Source: a bacterium (GTDB lineage: Bacteria > SAR324 > XYD2-FULL-50-16 > G965216635). From it: 64,000 bases of DNA. The stretch spans positions 136,001 to 200,000 of the forward strand of contig OZ244188.1 of NCBI GenBank assembly GCA_965216635.1. Reading direction: 5' to 3'. The translations under genes and the position numbers were made by a program. Positions 38,286 through 48,650 of this stretch are shown here, piece by piece (the stretch's first letter is position 1; each line of letters begins with the position of its first letter). The notes under the pieces were generated by a model. That model searched no databases and was not told where the DNA came from. It was given only the letters and a program-made list of their open reading frames with translations.

Positions 38286-38354
38286 TTTAATTTTTAATAC
38301 TGTTTTTAGTTAAAAACTTTTTATTGTTAGATAATATCAATTTCACAATAATAC

Positions 38355-39728
38355 TCAAGAAAAATAATTTTCTAGTTTGGCGAGAGAGATTTGCCCATTT
38401 ACAAAATCTATTGAAGTTTGTTCTCGGGTGCTTAAGTCTTTAATGCTGATAGTTTTTTTTTGTTTTTCTTCTTCTCCATAAAGCAGAACCCAACGAATTT
38501 TTTTTTTTTCGGCGTAGCTAAGTTGGTTTTTTATTTTTTTATCTTCTAAATAGTGTTCTACAGCTATACCGATTTTTCTAATTTTTTCTGCTATTAAAAA
38601 GTTTTCGGCTAGGTAATCTTCTCCCATAAAAGTAATCAGCAATTTATTTTCTGCTTGTTCTTCTTTTGGGGTGTTTTTTTCAGCGTTCAGAACAGCATCA
38701 AAAAGACGTGATAAGCCTACTGATAAGCCTATACCCGGTAGTTTTTTGTTGATAAACTGGCTTGCTAAATTATCATATCTTCCTCCACTACAAACAGAAC
38801 CTAATTGAGAATAATTGTCTAATTCTGTCTCAAAAACAATTCCAGTGTAATAGTCTAGCCCTCTAGCTAATTGAGGATTAAACCAAAAAATATTTTTATA
38901 ACCTGGATTATCTTCTAATATTTGAAAGGTTTGCTTCATTTCTTGGATTGCATTTTGGTAATTTGGTCCGAATGGAAATTGTGTTGCGAACTTATCTAGA
39001 CGATCTATGCTCTTATCTCCTACTGTTTCATCTAAAAAATTTAAAAATTGAAAAAATTCTTCTTTTTTGATTCCACTAAAATATTGCTCTAGCCTAGCAT
39101 CAAAATTATTTCTAGGATTTGTCTGTAAACTGGTTAGGTATTTATCAATTCGGCGGACTAGTTCTGCTAGCTCTTGTTCGTTTCTACAATTACTATAATA
39201 CTTTAGATAACCTCGTAGAATTTCACGGTGGTTAATATAAATTCTAAATTCTCCTAAACCTAATGATTTAAAAATACTTGCCACTAAAAACAAAATTTCT
39301 ACGCTATGATAATGCGAAAGATTTTCTTGATTAATAATATCAAAATCGCACTGGTAAAATTGGCGGTATCTTCCTTTTTGAGCTCGTTCTCCTCTCCAAA
39401 CAGGTTGGATTTGATAGCGACGGAAAGGAAATGTTAAGTTATGAAAGTGGGTTGCGACATAGCGAGCTAAAGGCACAGTCAAATCAAATCGTAAGCCTAA
39501 ATCTTTGCTGCCTTCGTCTTCGGATTGCACTCGTCTTAAACCATAAATTTCTTTGGAGTTACCACCTTTTTGGAGTAAAGTTGTTAGTCTTTCTACAGCT
39601 GGAGTTTCTATAGGATCTGCTCCATAGGATGCAAAAATATTTTTTATTTTATCTATTATGTTTTGGAAAGCTTTCTGTTGTTGCGGTAAAAACTCGGGAA
39701 AGCCTGATATATTTTTGGAAGATACCAC
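38355..39728 (-). CDS. hisS: Histidine--tRNA ligase (class IIa; eukaryote/archaea-like sequence type)
   Basis: Class II motifs (…GLRFDLTVPLARY…, …RYQIQPVWRGERAQKGRYRQFYQCDFDI…, …GGGRYDNL…) and C-terminal anticodon-binding domain. Confidence 0.85.
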   Translation of the reverse strand: MVSSKNISGFPEFLPQQQKAFQNIIDKIKNIFASYGADPIETPAVERLTTLLQKGGNSKEIYGLRRVQSEDEGSKDLGLRFDLTVPLARYVATHFHNLTFPFRRYQIQPVWRGERAQKGRYRQFYQCDFDIINQENLSHYHSVEILFLVASIFKSLGLGEFRIYINHREILRGYLKYYSNCRNEQELAELVRRIDKYLTSLQTNPRNNFDARLEQYFSGIKKEEFFQFLNFLDETVGDKSIDRLDKFATQFPFGPNYQNAIQEMKQTFQILEDNPGYKNIFWFNPQLARGLDYYTGIVFETELDNYSQLGSVCSGGRYDNLASQFINKKLPGIGLSVGLSRLFDAVLNAEKNTPKEEQAENKLLITFMGEDYLAENFLIAEKIRKIGIAVEHYLEDKKIKNQLSYAEKKKIRWVLLYGEEEKQKKTISIKDLSTREQTSIDFVNGQISLAKLENYFS

Positions 39729-39731
39729 AGG

Positions 39732-40616
39732 TTAAGAGGTGATTCTTTTTTGGCGAAGATTTTCTATGAGAGCAGAAGTGTCCCATTTTTGCTTGCCGTC
39801 TTCTTCTAATAAAGCGTAATATTTATCTACAAGACTAGTGACAGGTAAAGCTATGTTTTTTTCTTGTGCTTCGTTTAAACAAATGGCTAAATCTTTTCTC
39901 ATCCATTTCAAAGCAAAACCAAAATCAAATTTTCCTTCTATCATAGTATCCGCTCTATTTTCCATTTGCCAAGAACTTGCAGCCCCTTTGTTAATAGTGG
40001 ACATGATTTTTTTTATATTGATACCAGATTTTTCGCCAAAGTAAATAGCTTCGGACAACCCTTGCAGTAATCCAGCAATGCAAATTTGGTTGACCATTTT
40101 TGCTAGCTGTCCGTGTCCAGCAGGACCTATAAGTTCTGCTTTTTGAGAATAACATTGAAAGCATGGTTTTGCTTTATTAAAAGCAGTTTCGTTTCCTCCC
40201 ACCATAATTGTAAGGATTCCTTTTTCAGCACCTAGTTGTCCCCCAGATACTGGAGCATCCAAAAAATCAATATTTTTTTCTTGGCAATTTTTTTCTAATT
40301 GTTGGGCTAATTTTGCAGAAGCAGTGGTGTGATCTATGAGTAAGCTTCCTTCTTTCATTGCGTTCAAAACTCCTGTTTCACCTCCCACGACAGAGAGAAC
40401 ATCATCATCGTTGCCGACACACAACATTACAAAATCTGCATCTTTAGCAGCTATAGCAGGAGTATCTTTTGCTTCGCCTGAGTGTTTTTTTAGCCATAAT
40501 TGGGATTTTTCTGCGGTGCGGTTAAAAACAGTGACTTCGTAGCCCGCGTCTGCTAAGTGTCCTGCCATAGAAAAACCCATTACACCTAAACCGATAAAAC
40601 AAACTTTTGCTTTCAT
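39732..40616 (-). CDS. NAD(P)-dependent 3-hydroxyisobutyrate/2-hydroxy-3-oxopropionate-reductase-family dehydrogenase
   Basis: N-terminal Rossmann FIGLGVMGFSMAGHL; 6PGDH-like C-domain; 294 aa. Confidence 0.75.
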   Translation of the reverse strand: MKAKVCFIGLGVMGFSMAGHLADAGYEVTVFNRTAEKSQLWLKKHSGEAKDTPAIAAKDADFVMLCVGNDDDVLSVVGGETGVLNAMKEGSLLIDHTTASAKLAQQLEKNCQEKNIDFLDAPVSGGQLGAEKGILTIMVGGNETAFNKAKPCFQCYSQKAELIGPAGHGQLAKMVNQICIAGLLQGLSEAIYFGEKSGINIKKIMSTINKGAASSWQMENRADTMIEGKFDFGFALKWMRKDLAICLNEAQEKNIALPVTSLVDKYYALLEEDGKQKWDTSALIENLRQKRITS

Positions 40617-40644
40617 TTTAGAGAATGTGAGGTTGAAAATAAAA

Positions 40645-40905
40645 TTAGGCTGATTGTTGAGGCAGTATATTTACTAATTTCTTATTATTGCTGCTGTGGA
40701 ATTTTACTACACCTTCTGATTTTGCAAAGAGAGTAAAATCTCTGCCTGTGCCGACATTGTCGCCTGCATAAAATTTATTACCTACTTGACGCACTAAAAT
40801 AGTTCCAGATGATACTAGTTGACCGTCAAATTTTTTTACACCTCTGAATTTAGGTTTAGAGTCCCTACCATTTCTGGTGCTGCCTTGTCCTTTTTTATGT
40901 GCCAT
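40645..40905 (-). CDS. rpmA: 50S ribosomal protein L27
   Basis: [16 protein letters not shown]… conserved L27 N-terminus. Confidence 0.9.
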   Translation of the reverse strand: MAHKKGQGSTRNGRDSKPKFRGVKKFDGQLVSSGTILVRQVGNKFYAGDNVGTGRDFTLFAKSEGVVKFHSSNNKKLVNILPQQSA

Positions 40906-40960
40906 AATTTTTTAATTTAAAAAATTTGGGAATTATACGCTTAAAAAACCATTGTCTATT

Positions 40961-41155
40961 TTATTTATAAACATTGATTTTTGAAAATGCGTGTTTTAAA
41001 ACTTTATCAATCTGTATAATTTTTTCTTTTCCTATCTCTTTTTCTGCTTTTTCTCTTTCCTTTGTAGTTAAGTGAGAACTGGCTTTTTCATAAGGGGACA
41101 TATTACAAATGTCCTTTATTTCAATCCCCTTATTTTTAACTTCTGTTTTTATCAT
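40961..41155 (-). CDS. Hypothetical protein (64 aa) between rplU and rpmA
   Basis: ORF track only. Confidence 0.3.
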   Translation of the reverse strand: MIKTEVKNKGIEIKDICNMSPYEKASSHLTTKEREKAEKEIGKEKIIQIDKVLKHAFSKINVYK

Positions 41156-41157
41156 TA

Positions 41158-41811
41158 TTAGTTAAAAATCCAATCTGCTAGTGATTTGTATTCTAATTCT
41201 GAACCTTCTATTTTAAAATAAGTTATATTAAAATTTTGTCCATCTTTATCTATTGTAAATTGAATTTTAGTCGGTTGTCCCTCTGCGATATAATATTTAT
41301 TTCTATAAGCAACTGCAGCAGAAAGTAATATAGAACTTGCATACTTACCCTCGGATTTAAAACTATTAGGTCTCTCCTCAGTACAAGTATTAAATAATAT
41401 AACGGTAAGATATTCCACTGGAGCGTCATAATCAAAATCATATCCCCGAACAATGCCTTTAGTATCACAACTACTAATATACTTCCCCAAAACAAGAACA
41501 TCATTCATATTTTTAAGGTTATATTTCTCTTTTTCTGTCTTACTGCTAATACTTATTTTTTCATCAAAATATCTTTTATCCAAATCTTTACCAACCTTCC
41601 CTTGAAATTCTACTATAGTTTTTTGTTTTTTGGTTTTGAATGTAGTCCATTTTCCATCAGTAAAACTAGATTCCAATGCATCACCAATAGCAACCGAAGG
41701 ATAAGACTCTAAAACACCAGTTTTGACTAATTTAATAGGACTTTCTTTACAACCAACTAACAGCAAAGCAAAACAAACCAGAGCAATAACTCTGTACATA
41801 ATTTTATTCAT
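41158..41811 (-). CDS. Putative lipoprotein (217 aa) between rplU and rpmA
   Basis: Lipobox LLVGC at residues 17-21. Confidence 0.45.
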   Translation of the reverse strand: MNKIMYRVIALVCFALLLVGCKESPIKLVKTGVLESYPSVAIGDALESSFTDGKWTTFKTKKQKTIVEFQGKVGKDLDKRYFDEKISISSKTEKEKYNLKNMNDVLVLGKYISSCDTKGIVRGYDFDYDAPVEYLTVILFNTCTEERPNSFKSEGKYASSILLSAAVAYRNKYYIAEGQPTKIQFTIDKDGQNFNITYFKIEGSELEYKSLADWIFN

Positions 41812-41866
41812 AAGTAATATAAGTTAAGTTAAGATTTTTAGTTTTTTTCATTTTTTTATGAATAAA

Positions 41867-42418
41867 TTATTTTGATTCTTTAGGTTTTGGACTAGTTGGT
41901 TTAGAATCGCTTGATTTTTTACTAGTTGGTTTAGAATCGCTTGATTTTTTACTAGTTGGTTTTGTCGCACCCGCTGTTTTAGCAGAATCTGTTTTGACTA
42001 CTTTAGTTACTTTAGCCGTTTTTGCTTGCTCTGCTGCTTGTTTTTTTTTTCTATGGGATGGTTTTACAACTTTTGTGGTTTTATCATCTTCCAATAGATC
42101 CTTGCCGTTCACCAAAATTTTTTCAATTAAAAGAGTGGTCTTATATTGCCGATGCCCTTGTTTTTTTTTATAACCTTTTCTTCTTTTCTTTTTAAAAACA
42201 ACAATTTTTTTATCTCTACCTTGCTCTAATACTTTTGCTTGCACCACAGCCTTAGCTACAAAAGGAGTACCTAAAATCACTTTGCTTTCTTGTCTTAGTA
42301 AAAGGACTTGATCCAAAGGAAAAGTTTCGTCTTTTTTGTAGGGTAGCTTATCTACAGAAATACGATTTTGAGGTTTTACTTTCCATTGCTTGCCTGAAAT
42401 TTTTACGATTGCATACAT
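41867..42418 (-). CDS. rplU: 50S ribosomal protein L21 with a long Lys/Ser/Pro-rich C-terminal tail (histone-H1-like) that contains 33-bp tandem repeats. True start likely MYAIVKISGKQWKV at 42418
   Basis: L21 core MYAIVKISGKQWKV…; tail …KPTSKKSSDSKPTSKKSSDSKPTSPKPKESK encoded by tandem repeat at about 41885-41950. Confidence 0.8.
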   Translation of the reverse strand: MYAIVKISGKQWKVKPQNRISVDKLPYKKDETFPLDQVLLLRQESKVILGTPFVAKAVVQAKVLEQGRDKKIVVFKKKRRKGYKKKQGHRQYKTTLLIEKILVNGKDLLEDDKTTKVVKPSHRKKKQAAEQAKTAKVTKVVKTDSAKTAGATKPTSKKSSDSKPTSKKSSDSKPTSPKPKESK

Positions 42419-42575
42419 AATATAAATAGTTAATATACTAATGAGATTAGAATTTTTTAAAACTTTTGTCAAACTTTTTAATATAATCTCTAGAAATTAT
42501 TTAATTTATCTTTTATTTAAGAAAAGAATGGAATTTTTTTTGCTTAATAGGTAGTTTATTGTTAACTTGAACTAA

Positions 42576-43880
42576 ATGATGAAAAAAATATATTTTCTTT
42601 TTGGGGCTCTTATTTTTTTTACTTTGAGTATTCATTCTACGCTAGCTTCTAGTAGGCTATATTATGAATTAGACCAGAGTATTTTACAATCTAATCTTGA
42701 AAAGAAACAAGCCTACCTATCTATTATTTTTGATTCTAAAATCAGAAATGAAAATATAGATAAAATCAGACTAAAAAAAGCTATTGCTACAAATTTAGCA
42801 GCCAACTACCGAGTTGCTAGTCCTATACAAACGCAGCAATTTTTTAAAAACCATTCTATTAGTCTGGATACATTGAGAAAGGATAAAAGTTTGTTGCAAC
42901 AATTTTTTTCAAAGACAAAAACGAATATTTTAGTTCATACAGCTTTGCAAGAAAAAGGTAATATTGTGGTTGCCGAATATAGAATTTTTGGGAAAAATAC
43001 TCACCAAATAGGAATAACAACGCAGTCTTTCCTTAAAACACAGTTTTATAAGCAGTCCCAGAATTCTGAACCGAAAATTCTGCCTAATCTATTGGTTTCT
43101 TCAGAAAATAATCTAGGCGGTCTCCTAGCCCAACAAAATTTAGAAGAGTTTTTTGAACAACCCACTAAGGCAATAGATAATTTTATAAACCAATCAGAAC
43201 CTGTTGCAGAAAATGGAAATTCTTGGTCTTTTTATTTACCTACCGCTTATTTTCCAGTAAGAACCCACAGCCTAGAAATCAATTTTGCTATAGAAGATTT
43301 GCGATTCGTAAAAATTCAAGGTGAATCTTATCGTTATCTTTTTGGTAATTCTCTTTTTGAGTTTTCTACGAATTTGCAAACCAGAAACTCTAGCCTTTAT
43401 CAAAGTTTTGTGGGTATTAAAGCGGGTATTTTTCAAAGAGATGACCTCCAATCTCCTTTTAGACTCGCACTGGGCGTGCGAACCCTCTTTCAAAAAAATG
43501 AATCATCAAGAAGTGATCCTTCAGAAGATACAAATAAGAAAGATGAAAGAAAAAAATTAAGAAGGCTATCTTTTTTTGCAGTGGCAAGTGGCAATATTTC
43601 CCCTCACAATATAATTTACAATATTTATTTGGATAACTATACTATTGGAGGAGGTATAAAATACAAATTGCCTCATAGAATTTTTCTATTTTTGGATAGC
43701 CGTTTGGATTATGAAAGCAAAGCCAAAGAATCTTTTTTAGCTCTAGGTTTTGAGCATTTTCCAGCGGATAGCGTTGGTTATACTTTGACTTATAAAACAG
43801 AAGAAAGAAAAATAGAAAATTCTAGCGATAAAAAAGAAAAAGTATCATTAGTAGTGTTTGGTATTAAAATTTCTTTTTAA
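42576..43880 (+). CDS. Hypothetical outer-membrane beta-barrel protein (signal peptide; C-terminal …VVFGIKISF)
   Basis: Signal peptide, alternating amphipathic strands, terminal Phe. Confidence 0.45.
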   Translation: MMKKIYFLFGALIFFTLSIHSTLASSRLYYELDQSILQSNLEKKQAYLSIIFDSKIRNENIDKIRLKKAIATNLAANYRVASPIQTQQFFKNHSISLDTLRKDKSLLQQFFSKTKTNILVHTALQEKGNIVVAEYRIFGKNTHQIGITTQSFLKTQFYKQSQNSEPKILPNLLVSSENNLGGLLAQQNLEEFFEQPTKAIDNFINQSEPVAENGNSWSFYLPTAYFPVRTHSLEINFAIEDLRFVKIQGESYRYLFGNSLFEFSTNLQTRNSSLYQSFVGIKAGIFQRDDLQSPFRLALGVRTLFQKNESSRSDPSEDTNKKDERKKLRRLSFFAVASGNISPHNIIYNIYLDNYTIGGGIKYKLPHRIFLFLDSRLDYESKAKESFLALGFEHFPADSVGYTLTYKTEERKIENSSDKKEKVSLVVFGIKISF

Positions 43881-44026
43881 GAAAAAATGAGTTGAGATAA
43901 ACATTCCTAAAAAGGAAGTTATACAAATATTCTTAGAACCAAATTTTGTAAATTAGCAGTATATCATTCTTCCTAAAGTTTTTGCTTTAATTATGTTTTT
44001 GTAGTAGTATAACCTTTTACTAATAA

Positions 44027-44089
44027 TATAGACCTTTGAATTTGTGTTCTGTGACGGCTAAACTAGATAAGCAAATTCAAAAGTCTATA
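44027..44089. mobile_element. Mini MITE-like element (63 bp): TATAGACCTTTGAATTTG…GGCTAAACTAG…CAAATTCAAAAGTCTATA
   Basis: Both inverted termini present. Confidence 0.65.
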
Positions 44090-44094
44090 ATACA

Positions 44095-44673
44095 ATGAAA
44101 AAATTTATAATCAGTATGTCAATTTTATTCTCTCTTTTAGCTGCCAACGAGGCTATGGCTGACGAATTTCCTAAAGTGGAAATAAAAACCAATCAAGGTA
44201 TAATTGTTTTAGAACTCAACTCTAAATTAACTCCTGTTACTGCAGAAAATTTTTTGAAATATGTAGGATCTAATTTTTATGATGGCACTATTTTTCATCG
44301 TGTGATTGGAAATTTTATGATTCAGGGTGGTGGTTATACTCAAGATTTTAAAGAAAAACCAACACTTGATGCCATAGAAAACGAATCTCGTCAGGGATTC
44401 CAAGCTGGTTTAAAAAACGATAGAGGCACTATTGCAATGGCAAGAACAAATGATCCTCATTCAGCAACATCGCAGTTTTTTATTAATGTTGTAGATAATG
44501 ATTTTTTAAACTATAGCTCTTCTAATGCGGGTTACGCAGTTTTTGGAAAGGTTATAGAGGGTATGGATGTTGTAGATAAAATCAGACTTATTCCAACAGG
44601 TGCTGCTGGCTTTTTTCCAACCGATGTCCCACAAACACCAGTAGTTATTGAATCTGTGAAAGTTTTGCGTTAG
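44095..44673 (+). CDS. ppiA: Periplasmic peptidyl-prolyl cis-trans isomerase, cyclophilin type
   Basis: Signal peptide + cyclophilin motifs ([13 protein letters not shown], …SQFFINV…). Confidence 0.85.
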   Translation: MKKFIISMSILFSLLAANEAMADEFPKVEIKTNQGIIVLELNSKLTPVTAENFLKYVGSNFYDGTIFHRVIGNFMIQGGGYTQDFKEKPTLDAIENESRQGFQAGLKNDRGTIAMARTNDPHSATSQFFINVVDNDFLNYSSSNAGYAVFGKVIEGMDVVDKIRLIPTGAAGFFPTDVPQTPVVIESVKVLR

Positions 44674-44743
44674 ATATGACGCCCTCCAGTAATCTCTTTA
44701 GAGATATTCATTATAGTATAGACTTCATCCTGTTACGTCTTAA

Positions 44744-46423
44744 TTGGCTTTTTTTTATCATCAAACAATGCAAACAAACGAAAAAAAAAAACTGATCCAA
44801 GAAGCTGCTTTTGTTCCTTTTTGGGTGTTGAATAGTCGTCAATTATGCGACCTTGAATTACTTCTTAGCGGTAGTTTTGCACCTATGAATAGTTTTTTAG
44901 GGCAAAAAGATTACGAATCTGTATTAGCTAAAATGCGAATGGCAGATAACTCACTTATGCCTATCCCTGTTACCTTAGATGTTTCTGAAAAATTTATTGA
45001 ACCGCTTTCTGTAGGAGAAAAAATTGCTTTACGAACATCGGATATGACTCCGTTAGCTATTTTAACCATTTCTGAAATATGGAAACCTGATTTTGAAAAA
45101 GAAGCTCAAGCAGTTTATGGAACTTGTGATCAAACACACCCTGGAGTAGATTATCTGATGAGTTCTACAAATCCTTTTTATATTAGTGGAGAAATTCAAA
45201 AAATTAGCCTACCTCAATACCCTGATTATAAAGCATTAAGATATACCCCAGAGACTTTAAAAGCCTTCTTCAAGGAGCAAAAATGGGAGCAGATAGTAGC
45301 CTTTCAGACTCGCAACCCAATGCACAGAGCACATGTAGAATTGACACAGTATGCAATGCAAAAAAGTAATGCAAAACTATTACTACACCCTGTCGTAGGA
45401 GTCACAAAACCCGGTGATATAGACTATTACACGAGAGTGAAATGCTACTTAGAAATTTTGAAATACTACCCTAAGGACAGTGCAAAATTAGCACTATTGC
45501 CTCTCGCTATGAGGATGGCAGGACCTCGCGAAGCAATTTGGCACGGTTTAATTCGTAAAAATTATGGCTGTAATCACTTTATTATAGGTAGAGACCACGC
45601 AGGACCAGGTGTAGATAAACAAGGAAAACCATTTTATGAGGAATACGAAGCACAAGAATTATTCCAAAAGCACGAAAAAGAATTAGGTATTAAAATGATA
45701 GCTATAGAAAAAATAGGTTATTCTCCTTCACAAAAAAAATATATTTTTCAAAAAGATTTTACCGAAGAAACAAAGTTTATTTCAGGGACTAAAATGAGAA
45801 AGATGCAAGAAGAAGGAGAACAAATTCCAGAATGGTTCACTTATTCAGAAGTAGCAAAACAACTACAAGAATCTTATCCTCCATTGAAAAAAAGAGGTTT
45901 TACTGTTTTTTTTACAGGGCTTTCTGGATCAGGTAAGTCTACACTCGCTCAAGCCTTAATCGTAAAGATTAGAGAAAAAACCTATCGTGGCATTACGCTA
46001 CTAGATGGAGATATTGTCCGCAGTAACCTTTCCAGTGAATTAGGATTTTCTAAAGAACATCGTTCTATTAATATACGGCGTATAGGTTTTGTTGCTAGTG
46101 AAATCACAAAAAACAACGGTGTTGCTATTTGTGCTCCCATTGCTCCTTATGCAGAAGATCGTCTTTTCAATCGTAAGTTGATTTCAGAAGTCGGGGGTTA
46201 TATTGAGGTTTATGTGAATACACCTTTTTCAGTTTGTGCAGAACGTGATGTAAAAGGATTTTATTTGCGGGCTAGTAAAAAGCTAACCAAAAATTTTACC
46301 GGTGTAGATGATCCTTATGAAGAGCCCCGAAATCCTGATATAGTAGTAACTACAACAGTAGATTCTGTTGAAAAAAGCACTCTATCTATTGTAAAAAAAA
46401 TTGAAGAATTAGGTTATATCTAA
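44744..46423 (+). CDS. sat: Bifunctional sulfate adenylyltransferase (ATP sulfurylase) / adenylyl-sulfate kinase-like fusion protein. Start may be MQTNEKK at 44768
   Basis: QTRN and GRDHAG ATP-sulfurylase motifs; C-terminal APS-kinase P-loop GLSGSGKST. Confidence 0.8.
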   Translation: MAFFYHQTMQTNEKKKLIQEAAFVPFWVLNSRQLCDLELLLSGSFAPMNSFLGQKDYESVLAKMRMADNSLMPIPVTLDVSEKFIEPLSVGEKIALRTSDMTPLAILTISEIWKPDFEKEAQAVYGTCDQTHPGVDYLMSSTNPFYISGEIQKISLPQYPDYKALRYTPETLKAFFKEQKWEQIVAFQTRNPMHRAHVELTQYAMQKSNAKLLLHPVVGVTKPGDIDYYTRVKCYLEILKYYPKDSAKLALLPLAMRMAGPREAIWHGLIRKNYGCNHFIIGRDHAGPGVDKQGKPFYEEYEAQELFQKHEKELGIKMIAIEKIGYSPSQKKYIFQKDFTEETKFISGTKMRKMQEEGEQIPEWFTYSEVAKQLQESYPPLKKRGFTVFFTGLSGSGKSTLAQALIVKIREKTYRGITLLDGDIVRSNLSSELGFSKEHRSINIRRIGFVASEITKNNGVAICAPIAPYAEDRLFNRKLISEVGGYIEVYVNTPFSVCAERDVKGFYLRASKKLTKNFTGVDDPYEEPRNPDIVVTTTVDSVEKSTLSIVKKIEELGYI

Positions 46424-46507
46424 AATAAAAAAATCAAATATGTTATTATTTTTTTATTGACAATTAGTAGTTATTCGTTTAGTGGTATTAGTTTAAGTTA
46501 TTTTAAT

Positions 46508-47746
46508 ATGAAAAAAATAAAAGTAGATAATCCCATTGTAGAATTAGACGGCGATGAAATGACCCGTGTCATTTGGAAATTCATTAAGGACAAACTGATT
46601 TTACCTTACTTGGATTTGCCGATTGAATATTTTGATTTGGGAATCCAAAACAGAGATGCTACTGAAGATAAAGTCACTCTCGCAGCAGCAGAAGCAATTA
46701 AAAAATACAATGTAGGTATTAAGTGTGCCACGATCACACCTGATGAAGCGAGAATAAAAGAGTTTGGCTTAAAAAAAAAATGGAATAGTCCTAATGGGAC
46801 AATTAGAAATACTATTGGAGGCACAGTATTTCGTGAACCTATTATTTGTAAAAATATCCCCCGTCTAGTTTCTAACTGGACAAAACCAATAGTGATTGGA
46901 AGACATGCTTTTGGAGATCAGTATAGAGCAAAAAGTATGTTAATACCGGGTAAAGGAAGTTTAAGTTTAGTATTTACTCCAGCCGATGGCTCCAAAACTC
47001 TGACCAGAGAAATTTTTGATTTTCCTTCCGAAGGAGTAGCAATGGGAATGTCTAACCTCAAAGATTCAATTCAAGGTTTTGCTAGAGCTTCTCTCAGCTA
47101 TGGACTGCAGAAAAAATGGCCCGTCTATTTTTCTACTAAAAACACTATTCTCAATATTTACGACGGTTATTTTAAAAACATTTTTAGTGAAATTTTTGAA
47201 GCAGAATTTAAAGAACTTTTTGAAAAAGCAGGCATTACCTACGAACATCGTTTGATTGATGATATGGTAGCTGCCGCTCTCAAATGGTCTGGAGGTTTTG
47301 TTTGGGCTTGTAAAAATTACGACGGGGATGTGCAATCTGATACTGTGGCGCAAGGTTTTGGTTCTTTAGGCTTGATGACTTCGGTATTATTGGCATCCGA
47401 TGGCAAAACTATGGAATCAGAAGCTGCTCACGGCACGGTCACCCGCCATTTTCGCTTGCACCAAAAAGGAGAAGAGACTAGCACAAACCCTATCGCAAGT
47501 ATTTTTGCTTGGACGAGAGGGCTTATTCATAGAGGCAAACTGGATTCCAATCAACCTTTAGTGGATTTTGCTGTGCAGTTGGAGAAAGTTTGTATAGCCA
47601 CAGTAGAAGCAGGTTTTATGACAAAAGATTTGGCTGTTAACATTAAAGGCGACAAGACACAAAGAAGCGATTATCTCAATACGCAAGAATTTTTAGATAA
47701 ATTGGATATAGAGCTTTCTCAAGGAGCTCAAAGCCATCATAACTAA
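46508..47746 (+). CDS. icd: Isocitrate dehydrogenase [NADP], eukaryote-like homodimeric type
   Basis: 412 aa from [23 protein letters not shown]…; subfamily II IDH signature regions. Confidence 0.85.
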   Translation: MKKIKVDNPIVELDGDEMTRVIWKFIKDKLILPYLDLPIEYFDLGIQNRDATEDKVTLAAAEAIKKYNVGIKCATITPDEARIKEFGLKKKWNSPNGTIRNTIGGTVFREPIICKNIPRLVSNWTKPIVIGRHAFGDQYRAKSMLIPGKGSLSLVFTPADGSKTLTREIFDFPSEGVAMGMSNLKDSIQGFARASLSYGLQKKWPVYFSTKNTILNIYDGYFKNIFSEIFEAEFKELFEKAGITYEHRLIDDMVAAALKWSGGFVWACKNYDGDVQSDTVAQGFGSLGLMTSVLLASDGKTMESEAAHGTVTRHFRLHQKGEETSTNPIASIFAWTRGLIHRGKLDSNQPLVDFAVQLEKVCIATVEAGFMTKDLAVNIKGDKTQRSDYLNTQEFLDKLDIELSQGAQSHHN

Positions 47747-47788
47747 TGCAAAGATTTCTTTCAAACTTTAGATTGAAAAAATCTTTGA

Positions 47789-48334
47789 ATGGGCTATAGT
47801 TTTAGAAAATTATTAAAAAACAAAATGGATATTAAAAATTTGGTGCTTTTTATTTTGAATAACTGCAAGCCTAATATGGGAGTAAAAAAGCTTAACAAAT
47901 TAGCTTTTTTGTTGGAGTTCACTTATATTTTTGATCATTTTGATGGTGATTTTAGTAAACATAAAAAGCTAACAAAAACTAATTTTGTAGCTTTACCCAT
48001 GGGTCCCGTGATTCAGGATTACAAAGAATTATTCCAAGGGATGAAAAAAGAAAAATTGATTGTGCAAAATACAAAAGCAGATATAGGTAAAATTGATTAT
48101 CTTCCGCTAGTCAATAGAGATTTTGAAATTGACGAGAATAAGAAAAATTTTTTGTTACGAGTTTTGGATAAATACAAAAATCTCTCCGCAGCACAATTAC
48201 AAAACTATACTCATTCTTTGGATAGTTACGGTATTACTATGTCAGAAAACAACAACAAACCCGGTAAAATTATAGATAAAGAGCTGGCTCATTTGGACGC
48301 TATTTTATCTTTAGAAAATCTGATGGACGATTAA
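47789..48334 (+). CDS. Panacea-domain (DUF4065, SocA/PanA-like) putative antitoxin
   Basis: LNKLAFLLEF… and …FVALPMGPVIQDY… resemble the Panacea core (LxKLLYxAD… / …AxxYGPVxxxxY); 181 aa. Confidence 0.5.
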   Translation: MGYSFRKLLKNKMDIKNLVLFILNNCKPNMGVKKLNKLAFLLEFTYIFDHFDGDFSKHKKLTKTNFVALPMGPVIQDYKELFQGMKKEKLIVQNTKADIGKIDYLPLVNRDFEIDENKKNFLLRVLDKYKNLSAAQLQNYTHSLDSYGITMSENNNKPGKIIDKELAHLDAILSLENLMDD

Positions 48335-48339
48335 AATCT

Positions 48340-48618
48340 ATGCAGGTTATTCAGGTGATCTATGAACCAGATTTTGAAAAAAATTCTAAAAAAGAATTGC
48401 AAAAGAATTATTCTCAAGTAAAAAAAATTTTTGATAGAAAAGTCAATTTTCTTCTAAAGGAAGGACTTTTATACCCCTCTCTAAACACCAAAAAAACTGA
48501 ACCAAAATCAAGCAATATTTGGGAGTTTTACATCACAAGAAAAGAATATCGTTGTTTTTTTCGTTATGATAAGAAAGAAAAAACAACGACTAATATAAAA
48601 ATAGGCAAACACTTATAA
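48340..48618 (+). CDS. Small basic protein (92 aa), putative RelE/HigB (Gp49-like) family toxin partner of the upstream Panacea protein
   Basis: Size, pI, and C-terminal EFYITRKEYRCFFRYDKKEK pattern reminiscent of Gp49/HigB toxins; 5-bp spacing to upstream gene. Weak call. Confidence 0.35.
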   Translation: MQVIQVIYEPDFEKNSKKELQKNYSQVKKIFDRKVNFLLKEGLLYPSLNTKKTEPKSSNIWEFYITRKEYRCFFRYDKKEKTTTNIKIGKHL

Positions 48619-48650
48619 TTTGAATCTGCATAACTTAAAACTGCATAACT

